A stretch of 64,000 bases of DNA from the NCBI RefSeq assembly GCF_018977255.1, contig NW_024704742.1:55988001-56052000 (forward strand), read 5' to 3'. The notes beneath the pieces are model-generated. The model searched no databases. It was not told the origin of the DNA and saw only the letters and a program-made list of their open reading frames with translations. Positions 49,568-60,219 of the stretch are shown here, one piece after another. This DNA comes from Callorhinchus milii (taxonomy: Eukaryota). Each line of letters opens with the position of its first letter. Position 1 is the stretch's first letter. The translations under genes were made by a program, and so were the position numbers.

Positions 49568-50853
49568 TGGGGTGAAAGAAGCCAGAAAACAGGTTCTTCA
49601 GGTTTGTCAGATTCAAAACTGAACCATGGATGTTCAGTGTGGACCTGTGCAGTGCCATTTAAGAGTTTTAAAATAAATTTGGATTGACCCTGTAATTGGG
49701 AGGTGTGACAGTGGCAAAAATAATGAAATGTTATTGTTAATTTACCTTACTGACACTGGCATCCTCAGGCCCATGTATGTACAGTGTAAGAATAATTCAC
49801 TCTATGAATTCAGAAGCTAGAACTACATAAATCTTGAAAAATACTCATTCCTCAAATGCTTAATGAATGAAGTAATTTTAACAAGGTCATACATGATGTC
49901 ATGGTGATTTTCAGTGATATGCGAGACTCTTTTCATCTTCTGAATGGTTGGATGAACAGACAAGGGCTTTTAAAAAGTAAATTATAGTCAGCACCACATC
50001 TGTCCTCAGCAGTAGGAGTTGCTGGAACGACAGTGAGAACAGGCAGCTTGTGTTTTCTAAAGTTCTTGAACTGCTGGGGAGTAGTCATCTGAATATGAGG
50101 AATCTTTTGAATAATAATATTTTAGATTCCTCCTATTGATTTGAGAAAAGCGGTGAATGCATGAATGTTGCTTATGAACATTTCCCAGAAAACAGAAAAA
50201 TAAATGAAGCTACTTGAACTGAAAATTGGTAATTCAGTCACTGTGACACACTGACTTTCAGTATTTGGTTTGGTATAGATACGTTGATTTACTCATTTGA
50301 AAAAAACATTCAATTAGCCAGTACCCTTTCAGCACCTTATAGTTCTGCAATAATAGTTAGCACTTTTTGTTAAAAGGAAGCATAGTACCATTACCACTAA
50401 GGTCGAAGAAGGAAAGTAAAAGAACGGGTTAGGTGATACTGACCTTGTTTTTAAAGAGGGAGGGGGGAGTTTCTAAGTATGGAAGAGGAAATAAATAGAG
50501 GAAACAAAAGAAAGTAGGAGAAAGGTGCACATTCTTTTGCAAAGTATAGAATTCATATTAATATTAAATAGCTGTATCACTCAAATGGCTATAAAATTGA
50601 AACGATGAAAGCTACATCTATCGATGATATGAATTGCCATTTTCCTATGGGGGGGGTGGGGGGGTCAGTCTTAAAATTTGCCTACAAAATACACAGTCAC
50701 TGCATTGTGCAATGAATCCTGTGAAATGTTTTGAAGCATCATCTTGATGTGCAAGGTGTTCTATCAAATGCAAGTATTATTGTTATTTATGATAAACATG
50801 TTACAGAGAGGTGCAATTCTAGCTGACAAATGTACAATTTCACTTGATTTCAG

Positions 50854-51129
50854 GTTCACATTAAAGTCATTGATACAAATGACCACCGACCAGCATTTTT
50901 AAAACCAAAATACGAAGTGAATGTTCCAGAGGATGCAATGCCGAACACCAAAATCTTGCAAGTTAGTGCCACTGACAAGGATGCAAAGAACAAAATGATC
51001 TACACTCTGCAAAGTAGCACAGATCCTAGTAGCCTAAAAAAGTTTAGATTGGACCCTGGCACTGGGGCTCTCTACACTGTAGAAAGATTGGACCATGAGA
51101 CCATGCATCAGCATGTCCTTACAGTGATG
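50854..51129 (+). CDS. FAT1: FAT1 coding exon (putative exon 8, 276 bp, phase 0-0)
   Basis: tttcag|GTT ... ATG|gtgagt. Reads VHIKVIDTNDHRPAFLKPKYEVNVPEDAMPNTKILQVSATDKD...LDHETMHQHVLTVM. Confidence 0.96.
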
Positions 51130-51642
51130 GTGAGTTAAAAAGCCATTTAATGAAAGTGGTTGAAGTTTTCTTAATTCATTGCAGCTTTCATTGTGATCAA
51201 TGCCTTTGATTATGTTGCCGAAATAATGCTTGTTTCCTGGCATCAGGCTCTTTTCTAAAAAAGAAAAATTGTGGTCTTTATCAAAATGAGCATAGCACTA
51301 AAGGGGTTGGGAACATTTATGTCTACCTACAGCATTGCTTGCAAGTACCATGTGTTCCCAAATTAAATGCAGCATAACTCAGTCGTAGGCAAATTTCACT
51401 TGAATCTGCCAATAACAATGTACGTCAACGCCAACACAGAAGGATTTGAGTACACAAATGCAATATGCTCATTTGATTTTATCAGTTATTCTTTTAGCAT
51501 CTCTAAGTGAGTCCGTTAAATGTTGGTGATTTTCAGGTGCAGTATTGCTAACGTTTTAGAAACTATCGATGCACAGACCCAGTTTTAAGAGGTGAGAGCG
51601 TGCTGTAACATTAGATCAGTTTGACTTGGTTTATCACCCACC

Positions 51643-53798
51643 ACATAGAATCATAGAATTATACAGCACAGAAGGAGGCCATTAGGTCCATCATGTCTGT
51701 GCCGGCTCTTTGAAAAGACCTATCCAATTCAATCCCAATCCCCCACTCTCTCCCCATAGCCCTGCTAACTTGTCCTCCTCTCTTAAAAGCTGTTATCGAA
51801 TCGGCTTCCCTTTCAGGCAATGCATTCCAGATCCGAACAACTCACTGTGTTCATATAGTAAAAAAAACTTCTCCTCACCTCCCCTCTGCTTCTTTTAACA
51901 ACTATCTTAAATCAGTGCCCTCGGGTTACCGACCCACCCACCAGTGGAAATAGTTTCTCCTTGTTCACCCTATCGAATCCCCTCTTAATTTTGAAAACTT
52001 CTATTAAGTCTCATCTTAACCTTCTCTGCTCCAAGGAGAATAATCTTAGCTTCTCTAGCCTCTCCTGATAACTGAAGTCCCTCATTCCTAGTACCATCCT
52101 GGTAAATCTCCTTTGCACCATCTCCAATACCTTGAGTTCCTTCCTAAAATGTGGTGCCCAGAACTGAACACAATACTCTAGCTGAGGCCTAACCAATGTT
52201 TTATAAAGGTTCCTGACTTTTGTATTCTATGTCCCTATTTATAAAGCCTAGTATCCTGTATGCTTTTTTAACAGCTTTATCAACCTGTCCTGCCACCTTC
52301 AAAGATTTACTTATATGAACCCCCAGGTCTCTGTTCCTTCACCCCTTTTAAGATTGTACCATCAGCTTATATTGTCTCTCCTCATTCTTCCTCCCAAAAT
52401 GCATCGCTTCACATTTCTCCGCATTTAACTTCATCTGCCGCATGTCTGCCCATTTTACCAGTCTGCTATTATCCTCCTCACTGTTTACTACTTTTCCTAG
52501 CTTAGTATCATCTGCAAACTTGAAAATTGTACTCCCTATACCCAAGTCCAGGTCATTTATATAGATCAAAAACAGCAATGGTCCCAATACTGACCCCTGG
52601 GGACCCCACTGCAAACTTCCCTCCAGTAATAAAAACAACCATTCACCACTACTCTCTGCTTTCTGTCTCCCAGACAGTTCTGTATCCATGCTGCCACTGT
52701 CCCTTTAATACCATGGGCTTCTATTTTGCTTACAAGTCTCTTATGTGGCACTTTATCAAACGCCTTTTGAAAACCCATATAAACTATATCAACTGCACTA
52801 CCTTCATCCACCTTCTCTGTTACGTCATCAAAAACTTATCAGGTTTGATAGATGTGATTTGCCTTTAACAAATCTGTGTTGGCTGTCCTTTATTAACCCA
52901 CATTTTTTTAGAAGAAAATTTATTTTGTCCCGGATTATAGTCTCCAGAAGTTTCCCCAATACTGACGTTAGGTTGACTGGCCTGTATTTCCCAGGTTTAT
53001 CCTTCTGCCCCTTTTTGTACAGGGGAGTAACATTTGCAACCCTCCAATGCTCTGGCACTGCCCCGGTATCCAAGGAAGATTGAAATATTGTGCCCAGAGC
53101 CTCCGTTTTTCCCACCCTTACTTCCCTGAATAACCTAGGATGCATCCCGTCTGGACCGGGTGACTTATCTACCTTGAGCACTGACAACCTTTTTAGTGCC
53201 TCCTCTTGGTTTATTCTTATCTTATCCAATTTCTCTACCCTCTCCTCCAATACTATGGCATTGGCTGCATCCTCTTCTTTTGTGAAGACAGATGCGAAGT
53301 GCTCATTCAGTACGTCAGCCATGCCTTCTGCCTCCACAAGAAGATTTCCTCTTTGGTCCCTAATTGGACCTACACTACCTTTGATTAACCTTTTATTCTC
53401 TATATACGTATAAAAGGGAACCCTAAGGTATTTTATGTTACCCGCTAATCTTTTCTCATACAATCTCTTTGCCCCTCTTATTTCCTTTTTCAGTTCTCCT
53501 CTGTACATTTCATATTCTATTTGATTACCTTCTGTATTTTGGACCTGATATTTATCATGAGCCTTCTTTTTCTGTTTTATTTTAATCCCAATTTCCTTAT
53601 TCATCCAGGGAGGTTTGGATGCCCTACCTTTCCCCTTTGTGGGAATGTATTTGTTCTGTCCCTGTATTATCTCCTCCTTGAAGGCTTCCCATTGCTCGTT
53701 AGCTGTTTTACCTGCTAATCTTTCTTTCCAGTCCACCTTAGCCAGGTCCCTTTTTGACTCACTGAAATTAGCCCTCTTCCAGTTAAGCATCTTCACTT
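51643..53798 (-). mobile_element. CR1 LINE, 5'-truncated (about 2.15 kb), ORF2 pseudogene
   Basis: ORF 52828..53796 (KSPGPDGMHPR, WRVANVTPLYKKG, YRPVNLTS), then FQKAFDKVPH, QGSVLGP, FADD (52507-52518) and [12 protein letters not shown] in shifted frames; (ATTCTATG)-type tail at 51643. Confidence 0.93.
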
Positions 53799-54125
53799 GA
53801 TTGAGTTGCTGATATTAGCTGTATCAGCGAAGATAGTAAGCACCTGGGTACTTACCTGAGGGAAAGCAGAGGTAATTGCCATCCGAGTCCCCTCTACCTG
53901 CTTTCATACATTTCCTAGCAGTCAAGTCAAAGCCAATGTTGTCAGAGGTCTGACAGCAAGTCATCTAACGGCTCTCTCATTGGGGAGGTGAATGGTATAA
54001 GTGGAGCAGCTGAAGGAAAGAAATACATTTTAAAAATAAGAGGATAATGGGGGAAAAAAGAGAAAGGTTGGAATTTAAATATTGGGAATTGACCTTTATA
54101 TTAATTTATTTGTAATTCCCCACAG

Positions 54126-54336
54126 GTCCGAGATCAAGATGTCCCTGTCAAACGTAACTACTTGAGAGTTGTGGTTCATGTGGAAGATACCAATGACCAT
54201 GCACCCTGGTTTACCAGCTCATCTTACAATGGTCGTGTGTATGAATCTGCTGCAATCGGTTCAGCAGTGCTTCAGGTTACAGCACTGGACAAAGATAAAG
54301 GAGAAAATGCCGAAATAATTTATACTATTGAATCGG
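54126..54336 (+). CDS. FAT1: FAT1 coding exon (putative exon 9, 211 bp)
   Basis: ccacag|GTC ... TCGG|gtatgt. Reads [46 protein letters not shown]...IYTIES. Confidence 0.96.
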
Positions 54337-54842
54337 GTATGTTTTCTTTCAATTGGTTTTGTTGGCTTGATATTTGTGAATCACTTGAGTTCATTTTTAG
54401 AATAATTGTATTACTTGATGGTGAAGAAAGAACAATGTATTTTGCTCATGATACACGGCTGGAGAAAGAAGTACTAATATTATAAAATTCAACATCCCAA
54501 AGAAGATGTATTGCTAACAACTGTAGGTAACAAGCGTTAAACCTACCAAGTGACTAAATTTCTTCTGTTTCGGAATAACAACAACAGCTTGCATTTTTAT
54601 AGCACCCCTCATGCAGTGTAGTGTCCCAGGGTGATTATGGCAACTTTAAGCATCTAATCTGAAAATGGCAAGCTGTAATTATCTAAACTGTGGTGTTCTA
54701 ACAGCACAAATGCAATTGAGTGTAATTTAAATCCTGGGTAGGAATATCACTTTGATTTTTTTTGAAGTATTGCCTTTTATTCTTTAAGCATTTATCACTT
54801 CAATGGTACAGCATACACCTGTAAATATATGTATAGATTATG

Positions 54843-54960
54843 GAACAACAACAATTATTTCTATTTATATAGCATCTTTCACGCCAGGGCACCTCAAAGT
54901 GGTTCATGCAGTGGATTGTAAGCCTGAGCGGGGGGAAGGGGTGAGAAAGTGTGGAAGAAA
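54843..54960 (-). mobile_element. L2 3' tail fragment
   Basis: aacaacaacaattatttctatttatatagcatctttcacg...ctcaaagtggttca. Confidence 0.6.
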
Positions 54961-54979
54961 CGATAAATCTTAAGACAGG

Positions 54980-55472
54980 TTTGATTTCAAGATCCTCATC
55001 CTCACCTACAAGGCCATTCACGGCCTTGCTCCCTCCTACCTCTCCAACCTACTATCCCCCTACCTACCTGCCCGTACCCTCCGTTCCTCTGGCTCCGGTC
55101 TGCTCCACGTCCCCCGCCCCAACCGCCCTACTATCGGTGGTCGGGCCTTCAGCCTCTCAGCCCCGAGGCTCTGGAACTCCATCCCCCAGTGCCTTCGCCT
55201 TGCTTCCTCCCTTTCCTCCTTCAAGGCCGGTCTCAAAACCTTTCTCTTTGACCGTGCCTTCAGCTCCCCTCTCGACTCTCTTCCTCCTCCTCGCTCCCTC
55301 CCTTCCTCCCCTCACCCTGACCATTTCCCCCCTCCTCTCCCTCCCTTCCCCCCTCACCCTGACCATTTCCCCCTGCTCGGGTCATGACCCAACTGTGCAG
55401 CGCCTTGGGACGTCCTCCTGACGTGAAAGGCGCTCTATAAATGGAATCTTGTTGTTGTTGTTGTTGTTGTTT
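54980..55472 (+). mobile_element. Young L2 3' fragment with (GTT)n tail
   Basis: Reads FKILILTYKAIHGLAPSYLSNLL...GRAFSLSAPRLWNS; CpG-rich; tail agcgccttgggacgtcctcctgacgtgaaaggcgct...(gtt)n; short internal direct repeat ccctcaccctgaccatttcccc. Confidence 0.88.
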
Positions 55473-56934
55473 TGAAGCAGGAAGAAGAGGGAAAATTTTG
55501 AACACCGCCATTGATCAAATAGATGGATTTGTTCTATTTGTTGTCAATTTATTGTGAATTATGCTTTGTAATTAGGATAATGGGAATACTGGTGTGATTG
55601 TCACAGATAGAGTGGCAATGCCACAGATATACTGCAAGCAGAGCAACATCAATTCTGTTTCTGCTTACAGTGATCTGAAAGTAAGAAAGTTAATGTTATT
55701 TATGAGTCAGTGTTTGATTCTGTTTAAGCAATACAGTTACAGAGCTAGAAACTGAGTAAATCAGAGGGGCAGAGAGAGAGAGAGACAGACAGAGAAAGGG
55801 AGAGAGACAAAGAAAGGCAGAAAAAAAGGAGGAAGGGTTGTCACAATCTGATACTTGAGTGACAATGGCAATCTTGATGGAAGAAGTTTGTATTTATATT
55901 TTGTATGTTAACCCATTAGCCTCACTGCTTCCATCTCCCTTTTGATATTTGTCCCAATCAGATATCAGGTATGCTGCTATAACAACCATAAGTGGGAAAA
56001 GAACTGGAGTACACTTGACATTTGTAAAACTGTATTCTAGAAGAGAATACAAATGAAATGAAGGGAAAATATTGTAGGAGAAAATTGGCAAAAATAGTGG
56101 TTTATTGTCTGATGTAGAAAAGGTATGAAAACTAAAAATAAGCTATCAGAAGCTGCTGTTTTCATTTCTTACCACAATCAGAAAGTTGCTACTCTTTTGA
56201 ATTAATGTGGCGAAATACATCAGAAAGACATTGCAGTATAGTACTTCATTATTATTTATGGTGCTGTAGTTAACTCTGTAGCTGTCAGATGTAATTTTTT
56301 GAAAACTTCAAAGAAGCCTGAGAAGGCAGGAGCATTCTGATGCACTAAATAAACTGCTGGAAGCAATTTCAAATTGCTTCTAACAGTAAAGAGAATAGAA
56401 GCGGGAAATAGCGTTCAAAGTTCCCACTCCAGAATTGCATTGAGTAGGGCTGAGGAGAACTTTGTGTGTGCACAGCTAAATATGTGCATAGAGCTCCACT
56501 AACTGTGGCCAAACAACAGCCAGCCCATTAATAAAAAGAACTTTCAAGGGATCGTTCAGAGGGAAGGCCGAATCGATTTGCACTGTATGATTTCCTGGCA
56601 AAATCATCTGCTCAAGGTGGGTTAATCCGGCAATACAATCACACTTGGCAATCACAGGAATTATACTACTACTTGTGCCAACTTGGCATAATTCTCCTGT
56701 CAAATTAATACAAAACATGCAGTATAATTGGGGCACAGAATAACTTTGACATAGATTTTACTTTGAATTTTAAATTACATTTTCTTCAATGTGAAAGAAT
56801 TTGCCTAGTAGACATTTTATTAAAAAAATTATAGCAACTTCTCATGTTAAAATGCTCCATGGATTATATAATGACTGTATTTGTACACCACACTATCAGC
56901 ATACACAAGTATCTGAGGTGAATAACCAAATTGT

Positions 56935-57250
56935 GGAGTCCTGTAGCTCAGTGGTTAGAGCACTCGCTTTGCAAGCGAGACACCTGGGTTCAATTCCAGG
57001 CAGGGTGAAACCTTGGGCAAGTTTCCTTACTCCACACGCCTAATAATAATCCCTCCAAAAAAACAAAACAATAATAAATTGGTCATTTTCAATCCGTATG
57101 ACTGTTTGTGGGACATTGCTGTGCGCAATTGGCTGCCACGTTCGCCCACAAATATACAGTCAGTTCACTTTACAGTGTGTTCTGTCAAGCGCTTTGGGAC
57201 GTCCTCCCGACATGAAAAGCGCTATATCAAATGCAAGGATTATTATTATT
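56935..57250 (+). mobile_element. Young tRNA-Ala-derived SINE, full length
   Basis: A box TAGCTCAGTGG, perfect anticodon arm CTCGC-TTTGCAA-GCGAG, B box GGTTCAATTCC, (ATT)n tail. Confidence 0.92.
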
Positions 57251-57269
57251 AAATGATCTGGAGGATTAT

Positions 57270-57530
57270 TACCTGGGAAATGCAAGAAATGCACTTCTCA
57301 TTTCAAGTAGTTTATTGTGATTTTAAATAGTGTCATTGGATCTTTAATGTCCACCTGTACAGGCAGATGGGACCTTATTTTAATGACTTATCTGAAAAAT
57401 AGCACCTGTGGTAATACAGGACTCTACTAATGCGGCACTGGAATGTCAGTCAACATTATTAGCTTGAGTGCTGACATAGAGCTTGAGTCCACCACTTTAT
57501 GACCCAGAAGTGAGACCAACTGAGGCAAAA
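57270..57530 (-). mobile_element. Old Deu-domain SINE (5' part); its 3' part probably lies at about 56830-56930
   Basis: atagtgtcattggatctttaatgtccacctg...gcactggaatgtcagtc...gacccagaagtgagaccaactgag is the reverse of the Deu core and head. Confidence 0.65.
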
Positions 57531-57845
57531 CTCACACCTGTGGACAAAGTAATATGCTTTATCTTACGAGGGAAGATGGAAACTGATTGGCAACAGAAAA
57601 GAATCTGAAGTATCTTCTTATTGGCATAATCCCAAACTGACTTAAAAATAAGTGATGACTGCAACAGATGAATCGTTCTTTGTTATTTAAGAACCCTTTG
57701 TTCTGATGAGTTTAAGTAATTAGTTTGCACAGTGATGCACAAGAAATGTATATTCAAAATCCTTCAGGCATTTTTTTGATAACCTATTGAGATGCATTTT
57801 TTCTTATTTTCCCAGTATTGTGTTATGTACAACAACAATGATATT

Positions 57846-58025
57846 ACATAAGAACATAAGAAATAGGAGCAGGAGTAGGCCATTCGGCCGCTCGAGCCTG
57901 CACCACCATTTAATAAAATCATGGCTGATCCTCTAACCTAATTCCATTTACCTGCCCTATCCCCATATCCCTTAATCCCTTTAGTTTTTAAAAATCTATC
58001 GATCTCAGTCTGGAATATGTTCAAT
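57846..58025 (-). mobile_element. CR1 3' end stub (another subfamily)
   Basis: acataagaacataagaaataggagcaggagtaggccattcggcc...atcatggctgatc: an 8-nt repeat tail typical of CR1 3' ends. Confidence 0.75.
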
Positions 58026-60219
58026 GAGCATATTTGGGTGGAAAATATATCAAATGTTGAACTGAGCATATGGCATGCAACTTCTTCAGATGTCTGGAAT
58101 GATTCAGGCCTTGTATTAATGAGACAGTCTGGCTTTGACTTTGTATAGAAGACAAATGTTCCAAAATACAGAAACCTCCCAACAGGGAAGTATTGAGATT
58201 CAGTAAGAATCTTTTCAATAGCAATGAAACATTTTCAGATGATTAAGATTGAATTATTTGAGTAAAAATACTGCTGCTTATGTGTCTAAGTGGAGGGGGG
58301 AAAAAACTGTCTGGAAGAAAAAAGAAGCGGTTGTGGTTTCAATTAGATAGTGCTGCTGTTTTAAAATTACGGCTCCAAAGTACGGCGTATAGTCTAGCCA
58401 TTAATACGATTTGTAGACTGTGAAGTCCATTACACGTTTGCAGATGGGGAATTTGGCTTGTTTCAGATCACACTTAATAACATTCAGAACACAACCTTAG
58501 AAGCTTTAAGTAACCGTTTTTCATTTTAATTGGAACAGTTTTAAGGAGGGGGTTGGTGGGGGGGCTTTCCTCGTGGTGCTTTCTGTAGACAGTGACTGAG
58601 GAAAAAGTGATTAAAATGCTGACCGCACAGGTAGCTGATCTGAAGCAGAGGGAACATTTGACTTTAAAGCCAGAATGTTGTAAGTTACGAGTCCCATGGC
58701 TGTTAGTCACTCCAGCTGTATTGCCTTGTTTGGGTGAGTTCCATTAGTTCTTGGCTGGGCTGTTGGGCAGAACACCCTGTGGAGATGAGATGTTCCATGT
58801 TAAGAGGAAGGAAAATTGAACAGCTCACCCTATTTGAGCCCTGTTTCCAGCTGGGTGATCACAGAGTGTTGGTCATTGATGGCACATGTTGAGAAGTCTG
58901 TGGCCCAGACCCTTATTTTTTATTCTACTTTGAGACTATGGGGCCAGAACAGGCTCATTTTAAGCCTAGTATGGACATAGGTTTACTTGATTAAATCATA
59001 TGCCAGTCAGATGCAGAAACATACATGGTATGATAACCTCATAGGGTGCCAAAGCATTGCCACATGCTTCTTGGGTTTCCAAAACAAGCAATTTAAAGTT
59101 CCCTGCTATCCAATTATCCTTTCTGTTTTGAGCAGTCCATCTTGTTATTCTCCCCACTGCAGTTGTGCACTTGAAATTCTTGTAGTATTTATTCTGCTCG
59201 CTGCTGTTCCTCTGCAGCTGATACCACAAACCCTTATTAAGCTTGTTTCATTTGACTGCTCAAAACTCTGTATTGAATCCCTATTTCCATGATTGGAGAA
59301 ATAAAGTTTAGAAAGTAAGATATTTTCTTGGCGAAAGTCCCATTACCTTAAGATTCAGTGTCCTTAAAATAAATCAGTACTTTCTTTGAAAAGAGAGATC
59401 TTGTGCCATGGTGACTCCAACCGCAATGTTATTAATTGGAGGCATCAGATTGATAATGTCTATTAAAGAGCAAAAAATAACAACTTGCATTTGTATAAGA
59501 ACCTTTCACTAATTGAAGCAATCCCAGAGATCAACTGTACAAATGCAAATATTATTATTATTAATTCCAACCATTTTATGCTGTGCTATCAGCCATTTGG
59601 TATTATGTAATTGTTTTTGAAAAAATGATAGGCCAAGATTCTGCCTTGTTTTACTCTGTAAAACCATCTTAATTTAGAATTGTGGAGGATTATTAAATTA
59701 AGTCTTAATTCTGTGAACTGGTTCTTGAAATAATTGGCTTCAATGGGATGAACAGGATGTTCATTACTTCTCAAATGCAGTAAAGGTCAAAGCAGCCTTT
59801 ATGACACAGGTGTATTTTGAACTCACAACTGATGATTTTGATGGCCAGATTCATGTGGTATATAATTGCTTAAATGTGTCATTGCTATATTTCTTTCAGA
59901 AAGCTTGCACTGCTTTGCCATCCGTTATATGTATAAGAATATCTTACAGCAAATTCTGCTACTATATAAAGGAGCTCTATAGGTTCAAGTATTTCTACAC
60001 AACCCTTCTTATTGCCTGACTAAATGAGATGGCAAAACTAATATGAACATAGTACAGTATCACAAATTGTTATGAATATTTCATTTATTTTAGCACAAGA
60101 ACATAATCATGTTTCTTGGACAGATCTACTCATTCTACAATTATATTTGCCTAGATATTTTGTTTGGTAATTAAACTCCCATTTAGTTTGGTAACCATCT
60201 GTTTTGTTCTTTTTGGCAG

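Noticed and set aside
42748..50665. C/G homopolymer runs (42748-42776; 50649-50664) as G-quadruplex regulators
   Set aside because: Simple low-complexity runs with no supporting context.
56935..57010. Bona fide tRNA-Ala genes (also at 11238 and 7434)
   Set aside because: Each tRNA-like head runs into an identical ~240-bp body and (ATT)n tail, and the acceptor stem is imperfect. These are SINE heads.
7155..57252. Recurring small ORFs (MGKFPYSTRLIIIPP..., YDCLWDIAVRNWLP...) as a peptide gene family
   Set aside because: They are translations of SINE copies in varying frames, without consistent starts.
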